A stretch of 63,775 bases of DNA, the filler included, from Octopus bimaculoides (taxonomy: Eukaryota), in assembly GCF_001194135.2 (NCBI RefSeq). It is 7 parts of 6 records of this genome, joined end to end, with 100 filler letters (N's around TTAATTAATTAA, not from the genome) between each part and the next. Parts side by side here need not be neighbours in the genome. Positions count along the whole stretch, not along the records: positions 39,289 to 53,599 come from NC_068989.1; positions 53,700 to 59,089 come from NC_068982.1; positions 59,190 to 63,775 come from NC_068984.1; 4 more parts are not named here. One strand, 5' to 3'. The position numbers were made by a program, and so were the translations under genes. Positions 52,408 to 63,775 of the stretch are shown here, piece after piece. Position 1 is the first letter of the stretch. Each line of letters opens with the position of its first letter. The notes beneath the pieces are model-generated. The model saw only the letters and a program-made list of their open reading frames with translations. It was not told where the DNA came from and ran no database searches.

Positions 52408-53254
52408 GTAAGCTTAAAGATTTGAGCTGAGAGTGAGTTGCTACTTACCGAAAGATTAATATCAGAACAAAATTTAAAATTTGATATTAAATTACGGGGT
52501 GTCTGATCTTATTTAGAAAAAAAGAAATTGAAGCCATTTATGTTAATCTGATATGAGAAAATGAGCTGTACTTAATGATCAGCGCTGTTGCAAATACATA
52601 ACACACGCATACACACCACAGACACACACAAACACACTCATGTATATATAATTATAGAACGTGACTTAAATTTAACTGAATCACAAATAACCAGTGTTTA
52701 GAATTACTTTGGCAATCATACATATCCAGGTAAGAAGTTGCCAAGAGACATATTGTAGTCAGACTTGCCCTTAGTTGGTCTTCATAGGAAGAAGGAAGGC
52801 AAGAACATGAGTGTTTATTCACAAATTGCTTAATTACGTCATCTAACACGTGTTTCGGCAACACTAAGGTACGCGCACTCGTGAGACACAAGCACTAAGC
52901 ACAAACGCACGAAAACACACACACGCGCGTGCATACACAGAGTTGTATATTTGCATAAATGCTGTTTCTCGTGTCAGAGGAAAATGGTCCTGCAAGCTCT
53001 TGCTGAGCAGCCTGCACAAAGGATTTGTTTATAGTGATCAAATATTTTTGCTGTATTTTTGCTCCCTCCACCCATAACAGATGCATAGGTTGCCACACAT
53101 GTGGAAGTGATTGTATCGCAACATGAGACGAAGTGTTTTTTCTCAAAAATGCAACAAAACTTGTGGTCAGGGTAAGAAACTACGATCGCTTGATCGTGAG
53201 TGCAGCGCACTAACTTTTGGTCCACGGTTCCCCACAATAAACAAATACAATTTT

Positions 53255-53296
<42 letters not shown>

Positions 53297-53414
53297 GTGT
53301 GTGTGTGAGAGAGAGAGAGAGCGAGAAAGCGAGAGAGCGAGAGAGCGAGACAGCGAGAGAGCGAGACAGCGAGAGCGCATGTATATGCATATGTATATGA
53401 TATATACAAATGCA

Positions 53415-53575
53415 GGAGTGGTTGTGTGGTAGGTAGCTTACTTCTCAAGTACATGGTGCCGGCTTCAGTCTCACGGCATGGCAGCTTGGGTAAGTGTCTT
53501 CTACAATAGCCTCAGGCTGACCAAATCCTCGTGAATTGTATATGGTAGACAGAAATTGAAAGAAGCCCGTCGTGT
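53415..53575 (+). mobile_element. SINE family A head and body; further minus-strand copies at 54915-55050, 55065-55410 and 56003-56165
   Basis: Same head and body as 1208-1364. Confidence 0.75.
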
Positions 53576-53709
53576 GTATATATATATATATATATATATN
53601 NNNNNNNNNNNNNNNNNNNNNNNNNNNNNNNNNNNNNNNNNNNTTAATTAATTAANNNNNNNNNNNNNNNNNNNNNNNNNNNNNNNNNNNNNNNNNNNNT
53701 GTACATGTA

Positions 53710-53758
<49 letters not shown>

Positions 53759-53985
53759 GTGGGCAACTAGGCACAATTTAAACTTTATAGGCAAAATTTA
53801 GTTGTCATGAATTGTGACTATATCCTACAAGCACATATGTTGCTAGAAATAAGAATTAAACCACTTATAGCTGTGTAAAAGCACAGTTATATATACTGAC
53901 AGGGTAGATGACTACCCCATGAGTGAAGCAAAGCTAGAGCACTGGGCTGCACAGTTTCATCCTAATGGAAATTGTCAACAGTGTA

Positions 53986-54015
<30 letters not shown>

Positions 54016-54018
<3 letters not shown>

Positions 54019-54186
54019 TCATCATCATCATCATCGTTTAACGTCCGCTTTCCATGCTAGCATGGGTTGGACGATTTGACTGAGGACTGGTGCAACCGGA
54101 TGGCTACACCAGGCTCCAATCTAATTTGGCAGAGTTTCTACAGCTGGATGCCCTTCCTAACGCCAACCACTCAGAGAGTGTAGTGT
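54016..54186 (-). mobile_element. RTE 3' tail (~170 bp)
   Basis: Nearly identical to 35751-35910. Confidence 0.85.
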
Positions 54187-54404
54187 GTATATACTTATAT
54201 TTAGATAAAGGGAATGCTCAATATTCTAAATAAAAAAGTAATTTGTACAATTACAATATTATGACTCTGGGCATCTCTACTGCATGTTTCAAACCACCTG
54301 GGAAAATAATCACAGCTTATGATGAGCATCTGTAATTCTGAGGAAATTTTTTGGGTAACATAAGAGGCCCTTGTTTACTTCTATTATAAGCATTCTGGGA
54401 AATC

Positions 54405-54617
54405 TTGTTTTAAACCGGTCATATCCCGGCCAAATATTACAATGTTTTATATACAGCCTAGCCATATTCAATCTCTCACACCTACCCTACAATGTCATAC
54501 TAAAAATAAACAAGCATATAATTGGAATCTCAATGCATGATAATGCATGAATAATTCAAAACAATGTGAATAAATAAGCATTTCATTAGACAGAATGATC
54601 TGAATGCTAAAGGGTTA
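54405..54617. mobile_element. piggyBac-type MITE, one terminus recognisable
   Basis: It ends gaatgctaaaggg|TTAA; the other end, ttaaaccggtcatatcccggcc, appears truncated. Confidence 0.5.
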
Positions 54618-55509
54618 AAAGATTTATTTAGACTTGTAAGAATTATCACTAAAGAGTGGACATATCTAGGAATACTCAAAAGAAATTAATCCCCTTTGGT
54701 CCTACTCGCCCAAGCTACATGTTGTATGCTTGAGCAAGGATGCATAGCTTCAGTCTACTCTGTTGAAAATGAGTACTAGCTATATGCTGGTGTAGCCCTC
54801 TCTTTCTCCAGTTGTTGCTTCCCTGATATTCTGCTGGGTCCAGAATGAGAGATCAAGAGGGTGTCTATGTCTGCTTGCAACTATATAGGCATGCACGCAC
54901 ACACACACACACATGGTGGGCTTCTTTCAGTTTCCGACTACCAAATCCACTCATAAGTTTTTGGTTGCCCCAGGTCTATAGTAGAAGACACTTGCCCAGG
55001 ATGCCACACTGTAGGACTGAACCAAACTTCTTAATACACAGCTACACCTGCAGCTATATATATCTTTTGTTTCAGTCATTTGATTGCAGCCTTGCTGGCA
55101 CACCACCTTTGGTCAAACAAATCGACCCTAGGACTTATTCTTTGTAAGCCTAGTACTTATTCTGTTGGTCTCTTTTGTCGAACTGCTAAGTTACAGAGAC
55201 GTAAACACACCAACATTGGTTATCAAGTGACGGTGGGGGGACAAACACAGACACACAAATACATACATATATATAAATATATATATATATATACACATAT
55301 GAGTAGCTTCTTTTCAGTTTCTGTCTACCATATCAACTCACAAAGTTTTAGTCAGCCCAAGGCTATAGTAGGAGACACTTGCCCAAGGTGCCACACAGTG
55401 GGATTGAACCATGTGGCTGAGTTATCAGTTTGCATATTTTACAAAACCTTTACTATTTATTTTCTTATTTTCTTACCCTAACACCAATTTTTGTTTCTGT
55501 CATTTCTAG

Positions 55510-55600
55510 AAATTCTGCTTACATCAATCAACAAGAGGACCAATTTCGGGGCAGTTTAGGACAAGCTGTATCCATGAAATCTCAAGTGAAAAATGGACAG
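55510..55600 (+). CDS. Candidate internal coding exon of an unidentified gene
   Basis: Strong acceptor ttttgtttctgtcatttctag and donor CAG|gtcagt. Two frames are open (KFCLHQSTRG...EKWT or NSAYINQQED...KNGQ). No homology recognised. Confidence 0.3.
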
Positions 55601-56934
55601 GTCAGTTTGTTGCTTGCTAACCTTGCTATGTAGATTTGTAGATAGAATCATTTAGTGATATTGCTTAAAGCTTAACTTTGTATTCAGTCTATGTCTTGTT
55701 CTGATGGTTTTGTTTTTAGTCTCATATATTTTTATATTTATTGCTCTCTTTTGAGCTTAAGCTTTCCATGTTTCTCATAGTTCAATTCGTTTGTTTGTTT
55801 TGTTCATTTATGTGTCCGTTGTCCCTTGCTAGCATCAGTTATATGAATATATTATTGAAGCATTGTCTTATGATGCCAGATACTTCACCTGTTGATAAAG
55901 GATATCTTATTCCAGATATCTTTGAAGGCATAAAACCAGCAGGCAGCCCATTGACAATGGAGATGACAGTATCGTCACTGCTCATAGATGAGTGAATATG
56001 ACAGGGCCTCTTTCAGTTTGTGCCTACCAAATTAACTCACAAGGCTTTGGTCAGTCTAAGGCCATAGCAGAAGACATTGGCTCTAAGGCACTGTGCAGTG
56101 GAGTCAAACCTTAAACTACGTAGTTGGGAAACAAACTTCTTAACTACGCACCCCTGGCTGCACCTATATTTGCGCTTTTTCCTAAACTTATATTGTTTTA
56201 GCGGGGTCCTTTTGTTTGTTCTGTTATTATAACTATGTCTATTCTTGTAGGTCTACATTAATTGTTATTTGAAACTTGTGTGGTGAGGATGCATTTTGAT
56301 AGATAATTCGACTTATTCATATCGTATATTATCACTGATAACCTTTAGCTTTCTATCAGTATATATCCTGCCCTATTAACATTTTGGGGTTCCATCATAA
56401 TTAACACCATGTGTCATTAACCCCCATTCTCTGTGCCCCATCTAATATGCATCCTATATTTCACATTGTTTTTGGACACAGTGCATCAAAAAGTTAAGAG
56501 ATTTTAATATAACATATTTTCTAATCTCAAAAGATCTCAGTGTTAAAATATCTTTCTTAGCCATCACTCACAAACAGGTATAATCTGGTAGCATGTACCA
56601 TGGTTTTGCTAATTATTTTAGGTGTCTGTCTAGTCACAAACAGGCAACGGCACTCTTTTGCAGTAGATCATCAAGGAGGTGACAGCTGGAAGGAGAAAGA
56701 ACTGCATCAATAGTACTGATTTTCTGCAGAGTTGGTGCAATGTGAAATGAAGTGCTCTTGGGCAAGACACTTTGTTTTATCACTGCCAGGTCCAGGAATT
56801 GAATCCACAGCCTTATGATCATGAGCTCAACATCCTAACCACTTGGCTATGTGCCTTCACAGAAAATTATATTATAATATACTAGTGGGTTAATAATTAG
56901 AGGTGTTGTTATACTTGAAGATATATATATATAT

Positions 56935-56988
<54 letters not shown>

Positions 56989-56989
56989 A

Positions 56990-57272
56990 AAGACTCCCTT
57001 CAGTCATGAATGACTATGGGATTACACCTAGAAAGTTACTCTCCAAGGTACAAGTCTGGGCAAGGTTATTTATGGAAGACTAGCAGTCGCCCATGCATAC
57101 TAACCTCCCCTCTCCATGCCACCAATGTTATTGAAGCAAAAGGCAAAGGCTGATACAGCTTGGCACCAGTGACGTCACAATTCATTTTTACAGCTGAGTG
57201 AACTGGAGAAACGTGAAATAAAGTGTCTTGCTTAAGGACACAATACACAGCCCAGTCCAGGAATCGAACTCA
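56990..57272 (-). mobile_element. SINE family D with extended 3' tail; a degenerate plus-strand copy lies at 62595-62790
   Basis: B-box gagttcgattcc and a body shared with 14478-14710. Confidence 0.8.
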
Positions 57273-57658
57273 CTTGGCAATTGACACAAATGTGCCAAAT
57301 ACAAATAGACACATTTTCCCAGGGAAACTATATTTCTAGTGATGTATTGTTGGCTGTATGACATGCCAAGCATGAAACTAATAGCATTGGAATAGCCAAT
57401 GTATGTATCATACACATACACATCCCTGTGTCTATGCCTTTTTGCTAATGAATCCAACCATCAACTCTGAGTCTTAAACATCCACACTTACTGTCTTTTA
57501 TTTCACTATTGTCACTGAAATTAAGACTTTATTTATTCGTAAGTTGTTTCCATTCTACCATTAATAATAATGATATCAGGTTTATCTTTTGAGTGATGCT
57601 GTTTTCTAAATAGAAAGAAATGACGTGTGTGTCTTGTTGTTTAAGCTTAATTTTTCAG

Positions 57659-57831
57659 ATGTTTATGTTACTGATACAATCATATCTTGTAATGTACTTT
57701 GCCAACAGTCAGTAAACAAGACTCCCTGTATACAAAATCTGCATTTACATGGTAAAAGCGAGGGAATATCATACCTCTTGGAGCTACAGAAGATATACCA
57801 AGTGATTTATAATGATGATGATTTCAAAAAG
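57659..57831 (+). CDS. Candidate internal coding exon of an unidentified gene
   Basis: Acceptor cttaatttttcag, 57 open codons (DVYVTDTIISCNVLCQQ...YNDDDFKK) and donor AAG|gtcaat. No homology recognised. Confidence 0.25.
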
Positions 57832-59697
57832 GTCAATGTTTGTGACTAAAGTTTGACAGATTCAACAGTCTAGATGATTGACTCTACATTTAAGTGTTCC
57901 ATAGCTACCAAAGAACTGGGTTAGAAACTTTTAAGGAATTATTTTAGAAATGTCTATTTTCGACCATTCATTAATATATACAGAATAAAATTTTCACTTT
58001 GGAGAAAATTAGTAAAACAGATAGATAATTGAGAATATATTAACATTTGTTCTACTCTTTGCTTTTACAACTTTATTTTGCATTCCTAAAAACTTTATTT
58101 TGCATTCCTGAAAAAATGCTCATAAGCACTATACCATGTGAGGTATACTAACAACAGTGAAGATAGAATGGAACCTTTCTGGAAAGTCAAAAAGTTATGA
58201 ATTCATTGTTACCATAACAAGAGACACATAATTAAACTGAAATAATGACTTCTTGCAGAAATTCCTGAACTATATCTTTCTTTATTCTCTTGTTTGAATT
58301 AGCAACCATTCATGAGATAATTATTAGAAGTATCTTAATAAAAAAACTATTCACTTTCTTAGGTAACCTAAAAACCAGTTTTTGTGTCTCTGTTATTTTA
58401 ATATCTCTTACATTTTAAAATCATGGCATTCAAAAAGCTCTTGACTGATTGACAAATTATCATTAATAGTAAAATAAAATGTAAATTAGATTTATGATAG
58501 ATCATTTATTCTTCTTATGAATTTAAATATTGGGGTAAAAATTAGATAATTTATGGAACAACCTGACAATTTTATATCCAATTATTTGAGATCAATATGA
58601 CTGTGTTTTTATGAACATGTCCTCATTCCTAGTTTCTGTTGACTTGCTAGGTGTCACTCAAATATTTATTGCTATCTTATTTACTTTTCAGTTGCCCACG
58701 ATGGGTGATTCTTTTGAGGTAAAGTCAACTTACACTTTGTCACCTGCTCTAGTTTACCAATACAACATTTCATCTGACTAATTCCTGCAAGAACTGTTTC
58801 CACTGGGGAATGAGATTGTTGGAATGTTGTAGTTGTGACTTCTGGGTAGACAAACGTTTAGAAGAACTTGATGCATCTCATTATTATTTTTTTTAGTTGA
58901 TTTTGTTTTCTGGTTTGGTTTCTTCTTTTGTATTTGTATTTTATTTTCCAATTTTGTTGCAAAATAGATGTAGAGAGGTATGAAAAGAAAAATTAGCTTC
59001 TGTTCATTTTAATCTTTAAATATATATCATTAGTTAGACTATATAGCTGCACTTATTACATTTTTACACTGTGTGTATGAGTTATATATNNNNNNNNNNN
59101 NNNNNNNNNNNNNNNNNNNNNNNNNNNNNNNNNTTAATTAATTAANNNNNNNNNNNNNNNNNNNNNNNNNNNNNNNNNNNNNNNNNNNNTATATATATAT
59201 ATATATATATGTATGATTTATAACTGGCCAGTAACAGCAATGATGCAAAAAATAATTCATAAACATGACACAAAGGCTAAAAGAATTGAAACGCTTGCAC
59301 CAATCCGACTCTGAGTATATGTTTATAATAGACAGATAAATCACTAAAGTTAATTACTCAGAGACGCCACTTGCATGAAAGAAAAACAATAGTTAAGTTA
59401 ATGTTAGCATATTCACTGGAGTGATCGTCAAAAATATACTTTCGAAAATACATAAGAAAAAAGTCATTAGACAATGGCCAGTACGGTAGATAACTCTTGA
59501 CATAATTCGATTTAATCAGACTTCTTTAACGAACATAAGCAACGCGTTGTTTGAGAAACTATTGATGAGGGACTCATTAACCAAGCGTGCAAGACTTGGA
59601 ACAAAAAATGTGTATATTGAAAAAAAAAACAAAAAAACAAAGCCTTATGACTCACTGGGGTGATTTTATTGATCACAAAGAAATCTAACATCATCTA

Positions 59698-59845
<148 letters not shown>

Positions 59846-61742
59846 AAACCGATTATTGAGGCTGCAGGGTTTTTCTTCTTGCCGGTGGATTAGTAGTATT
59901 AAAGCGAGAATCGGTCTCTGCAGCACGATCCAATTCTTTAGACTTAGAGGTCTGACCACAATGGCTCTGCGAGATAAAACGGCAGCGGTGACCAGCAAGC
60001 TTTCGGCTTTACAATGGAGTGGCTTTCTGATAGGTGAATTGCTTTACAGGGCCAGATAGACCCATCTACCCTAAAGTGGCCGAAAGGGTGTCAAAAAGAA
60101 CACTAAATCGCCTGAGGCACTCCACTTCTTTATTTCCTGTCGAGTTTGACATGCCTTCTCTTTTAATTTTCCTTTTCCATTGCATTTACAAGATAGTGAG
60201 GGTTTATTTGTACTTGGAGTTTCATCCATAACATGCTAGTTAACCCATACCAGGACCCTGACTGGTTCTACTACTCCGGGTCAAAGTAGACCTTGGAGCA
60301 AAAGGGGCTAAGAGGTGGTTCCACACTCCTCAAAACTTTGAAACCTCCGAACTAAGGCCCTACTACCGGATGCAGTTTAAAGCCATGCTAAGTATCGGTT
60401 TACATAACCATTTGAAGACGTACCTCTTCTTCCTGATCCTCGGACACGAAGAAACTTCCATTAATATCATCAACATCAACAGCAGCAGCATCAGTAGCAG
60501 CAGTAACAGCAGCAGTAGCAATAGCAGTAGTGGTACTAATGTCTTGCATAATTAATATAAGATTTGAAAATTTGGTGAAAGGTAACGGTCATTAAATCGA
60601 CAAAGCAGCCAGTAAGAGTAAACCATAAAAATATATCACAATGAAAAGCAAAGTTTACATGTTTCTATTTTGTTATTTATCTCTGAACCAAATGCGTTCC
60701 AGCCATGATCATCTCCGTCTTTTACTACAGACTCAGTGCACAGACACGACCGCATTATTTAAAGTCTCCTTCCTTTTCTAGGACCATAGGGCGTGATTTG
60801 AGAGAGATTTGACCACAATTTCCGGGATATTGGTTAACCCCGTAGCGGCCTGAAATCACTACACAGGTTTCTCTAACTCGTGGAGGCCACCCTCGTATCA
60901 TACCGTTGTACGGTAGGGATGATTTGAAAATGTTCTGCGCATTGTTTCTAACAGTTCGGTCATCGCTACAGAAAACCTCATGCAAATATAGAACCTTCTG
61001 TCAAATAAAGCCCGTAGAGACCTCTTTCAAATCCTACCCTACGGTAGGGCAATAGGATATGATCTGAAAGTAGAGTGTGATTCTCAACCGCAGAACATTA
61101 GCTGTGATACAAGGGATATTTGGCTGCTGTTTCTGAATGATTGATCAATCCCACACAGGCTTCTTTTGTGGCTAGTTAGTTACTATGTTGCTTTCGTAAC
61201 ACACGGTTCTCGTAGATTTTTTTAATTGCTTCTGAGAGGCAGAATAACAGCGTCCATGATCCTTGTTTGGACCTCGAGACCGACTGACTGTAGCAAAAGC
61301 AGAAGTTATCTTCAGATTGTAGACTCAGACTATACTCCGCTAGATGCACTCAAGATCTAGTAGTCGTGCTGAAACATATTAAAAGTTAAGTCTACCACGC
61401 AAGAGCCGTTATAGTTTTAAAGAAATGCTGATAATTCACAGACATTTGTTGAAAATTTTGTAAGGCAACCATTGATAAAAATGAATAAATAAATAAATGA
61501 TCCTATAAACTTATTCAACTCAACGTTGTTGCTAAGTGAATTGTAAAGTCGGAAACCTCGATATTCGACGAAACCACTTAGCAGCTGTTGTTCGAGCAGT
61601 TATGCCAAAAGATACTTTGCTTCCGCTGCAAGGAGGTTGAATCTCAAAGATTTCCTCTGAGGCTGCAAGTACACTATGGTTTCTTGATTTTTGAAATATA
61701 TTACACATAGCTGGTAGCACACGCAAACACGTGCGAACACAT

Positions 61743-61816
<74 letters not shown>

Positions 61817-63775
61817 CCCCTCCAATACACACACACTCCCTCTCTAAAATACACACATGCTCTCTCTCTCTCTCTCTCTCTCTTTCAACATGAATATTTA
61901 AATATAGTCTATTTGTTAGATGCGAGTATTCCGAAGTAGTGTTATTCATGAATATTCATATTTCATGCTCAAAGAATTCTGAAATTCTAACATTCTAGTA
62001 TTCGAGAATTCTAGCAAGCTCGCTTAGCATTCTAGATTCTGATGCAGAACCACCAAAAAGATTTCGATTCCAGCTACTAATTATATTTCATTTTCTTTAT
62101 TTATATATGCATATGTTTTATACATGCATTTATTTTCTTAATGATATTGATTTGAATGGGACCTCAGGTTTCGCCCTTAACGGCTTATTGAACCAGTTGA
62201 CTAAGATGCCAGTTAAATCAATAATATCAATAAATTTCACTTTACTTTATGAATAGAGTCCCACTATCAATAAATGTTTTTGCTGTATGTCAACTAGTTG
62301 ATTAACAATACCAAAGAAAACAACACACACACACACACACACATTTATTTAGTTCGTTATGCCATGTAGGCAGTGTCTGATGATTATGCTGGGACACCAG
62401 ATGTGTTATAAAACACTATTCGGCATGTTCTCAGCACATGAAACTATAATAATAGCACATAAAAACATATACATATAACACACACACACATATATATATA
62501 TAGTATGTATAGGTGTATGCATGCATGTATGTATATGTGTATGTATGCACGTATGTATATATGCATGTGTGTGTGTGTGTGTGTTTGTTTGTGGGGGTCC
62601 GTGACCGAATGGTTAGGATGTTGCACTCACGAATGCGAGGTCGTGGTTTCAATTCCTAGATCGATAGTGTGTTGTGTTCTTCAGCAAAGAACTCCATTTT
62701 TCGTTGTTCGAATCCACTCAGCTGTAAATGAGTAATCCTGCGACAGAATGGCGTTCCATTCGGAAGAAATGTTGGCCTAATCATCTAGTCAGTGGAGTGT
62801 CCTCATTCGAAATCTACAATAAGGTGAGGAAGCGATTTGTGACCAGAGTTGCATAACAACATTCAATAGTCTGGTCGATACAGTGACACAGTGAATCATA
62901 TATATTTTTAAAAAAATAACATGCAAGAGGTTTTTCTCCCTCTACCTATATGTCTATCTCTCTTCCTTTTTTTCTCCACTATTAGAAGAATAAAAAAATT
63001 AGATCGTTTAAAATTTTTATATGAATTTATATTAACGAATTTAAAAATCTCAAGTTATCTTATGGTGAAGAGTATAGAAAGCGGACGAAATAGTACTATT
63101 CACGGCTATCAGAGACTTTAAGGATTTTATCTCATGAAAAAATTAACATGATCATATGGAAACATATGTATGCTGTTTTCACTCATTGCTAATGATTTCT
63201 CAATATGAAAAATAAACTTAGAAGCAATTTTCTCCCCTTAAGTAGTAATTCCCTGGAATTACAGCGATATCAAATCCATCGAAGTAGAGATCCCAATCTG
63301 AATTTCTTGGACCGCGTGACTGGACTGGAGGTGGGTGGCGACACGCTATCTAGATAGTATTCACTGATATTGTAAATGACTATCAGCCAGTTGAAAATCT
63401 CGATTTATGCAGATGAAATATCAAATTAAAATTATATATACGCTTTGTTTTTTACTTATTTCACTCAATAGACGGTCGCCATGCTGCAGCACTGCTTTCA
63501 AGGGTTTAGTGGAACAAATCAATCATAATACTTAATTTTAAATCCTAGTCAGAGACTTTTGCCGAAATGCTAAGTTGTGGAGACTTAAACAAACCAACAC
63601 TGGTTGTCAGACAGTTCGTCAACACAAAGATGCACACATACGCACACCATAGACACACGCGCGCACATGCATACACATAGACACACAGCTATATATATAT
63701 ATATATAAGGTGGTGTCCGAGCATGGCCGAAGTCTAATGACTGAAACAAGTAAAAGATTTTATATATATATATAT

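Noticed and set aside
53140-53200. TSP1-like peptide CNKTCGQG...REC
   Set aside because: It lacks the upstream WxxW motif and has no splice acceptor at the expected position; probably chance.
61970-62040. Clustered GAA/TTC words resembling a heat-shock element
   Set aside because: The spacing does not give three alternating nGAAn units.

Overview
This is AT-rich eukaryotic genomic DNA packed with microsatellites and decayed transposons. The repeat families look like octopus/cephalopod sequence; that is recognition from memory, not a database match. No host gene can be called with confidence, and there are no rRNA, true tRNA or CRISPR features. Supported content: (1) RTE LINE 3' fragments; (2) many restriction-like-endonuclease LINE fragments (R4/Dong-like) sitting in (TAA)n tracts; (3) at least three tRNA-derived SINE families; (4) Tc1/mariner relics of the DD34D, DD37D and DD41D classes; (5) a hAT element with perfect 13-bp TIRs and an 8-bp TSD, nested in a mariner relic and itself interrupted by an RTE; (6) Charlie-like hAT relics, piggyBac-type MITEs and a Penelope-like GIY-YIG fragment. 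Six fixed 100-bp spacers (44N-TTAATTAATTAA-44N) are assembly joins, and CpG retention appears to switch at several of them, so the window may not be one contiguous locus. The most interesting signals are a three-copy repeat with a degenerate hammerhead-ribozyme-like core (one copy inside a piggyBac MITE), several near-perfect fold-back palindromes, and two low-confidence phase-compatible exon chains. Most coordinates for degenerate repeats are approximate.
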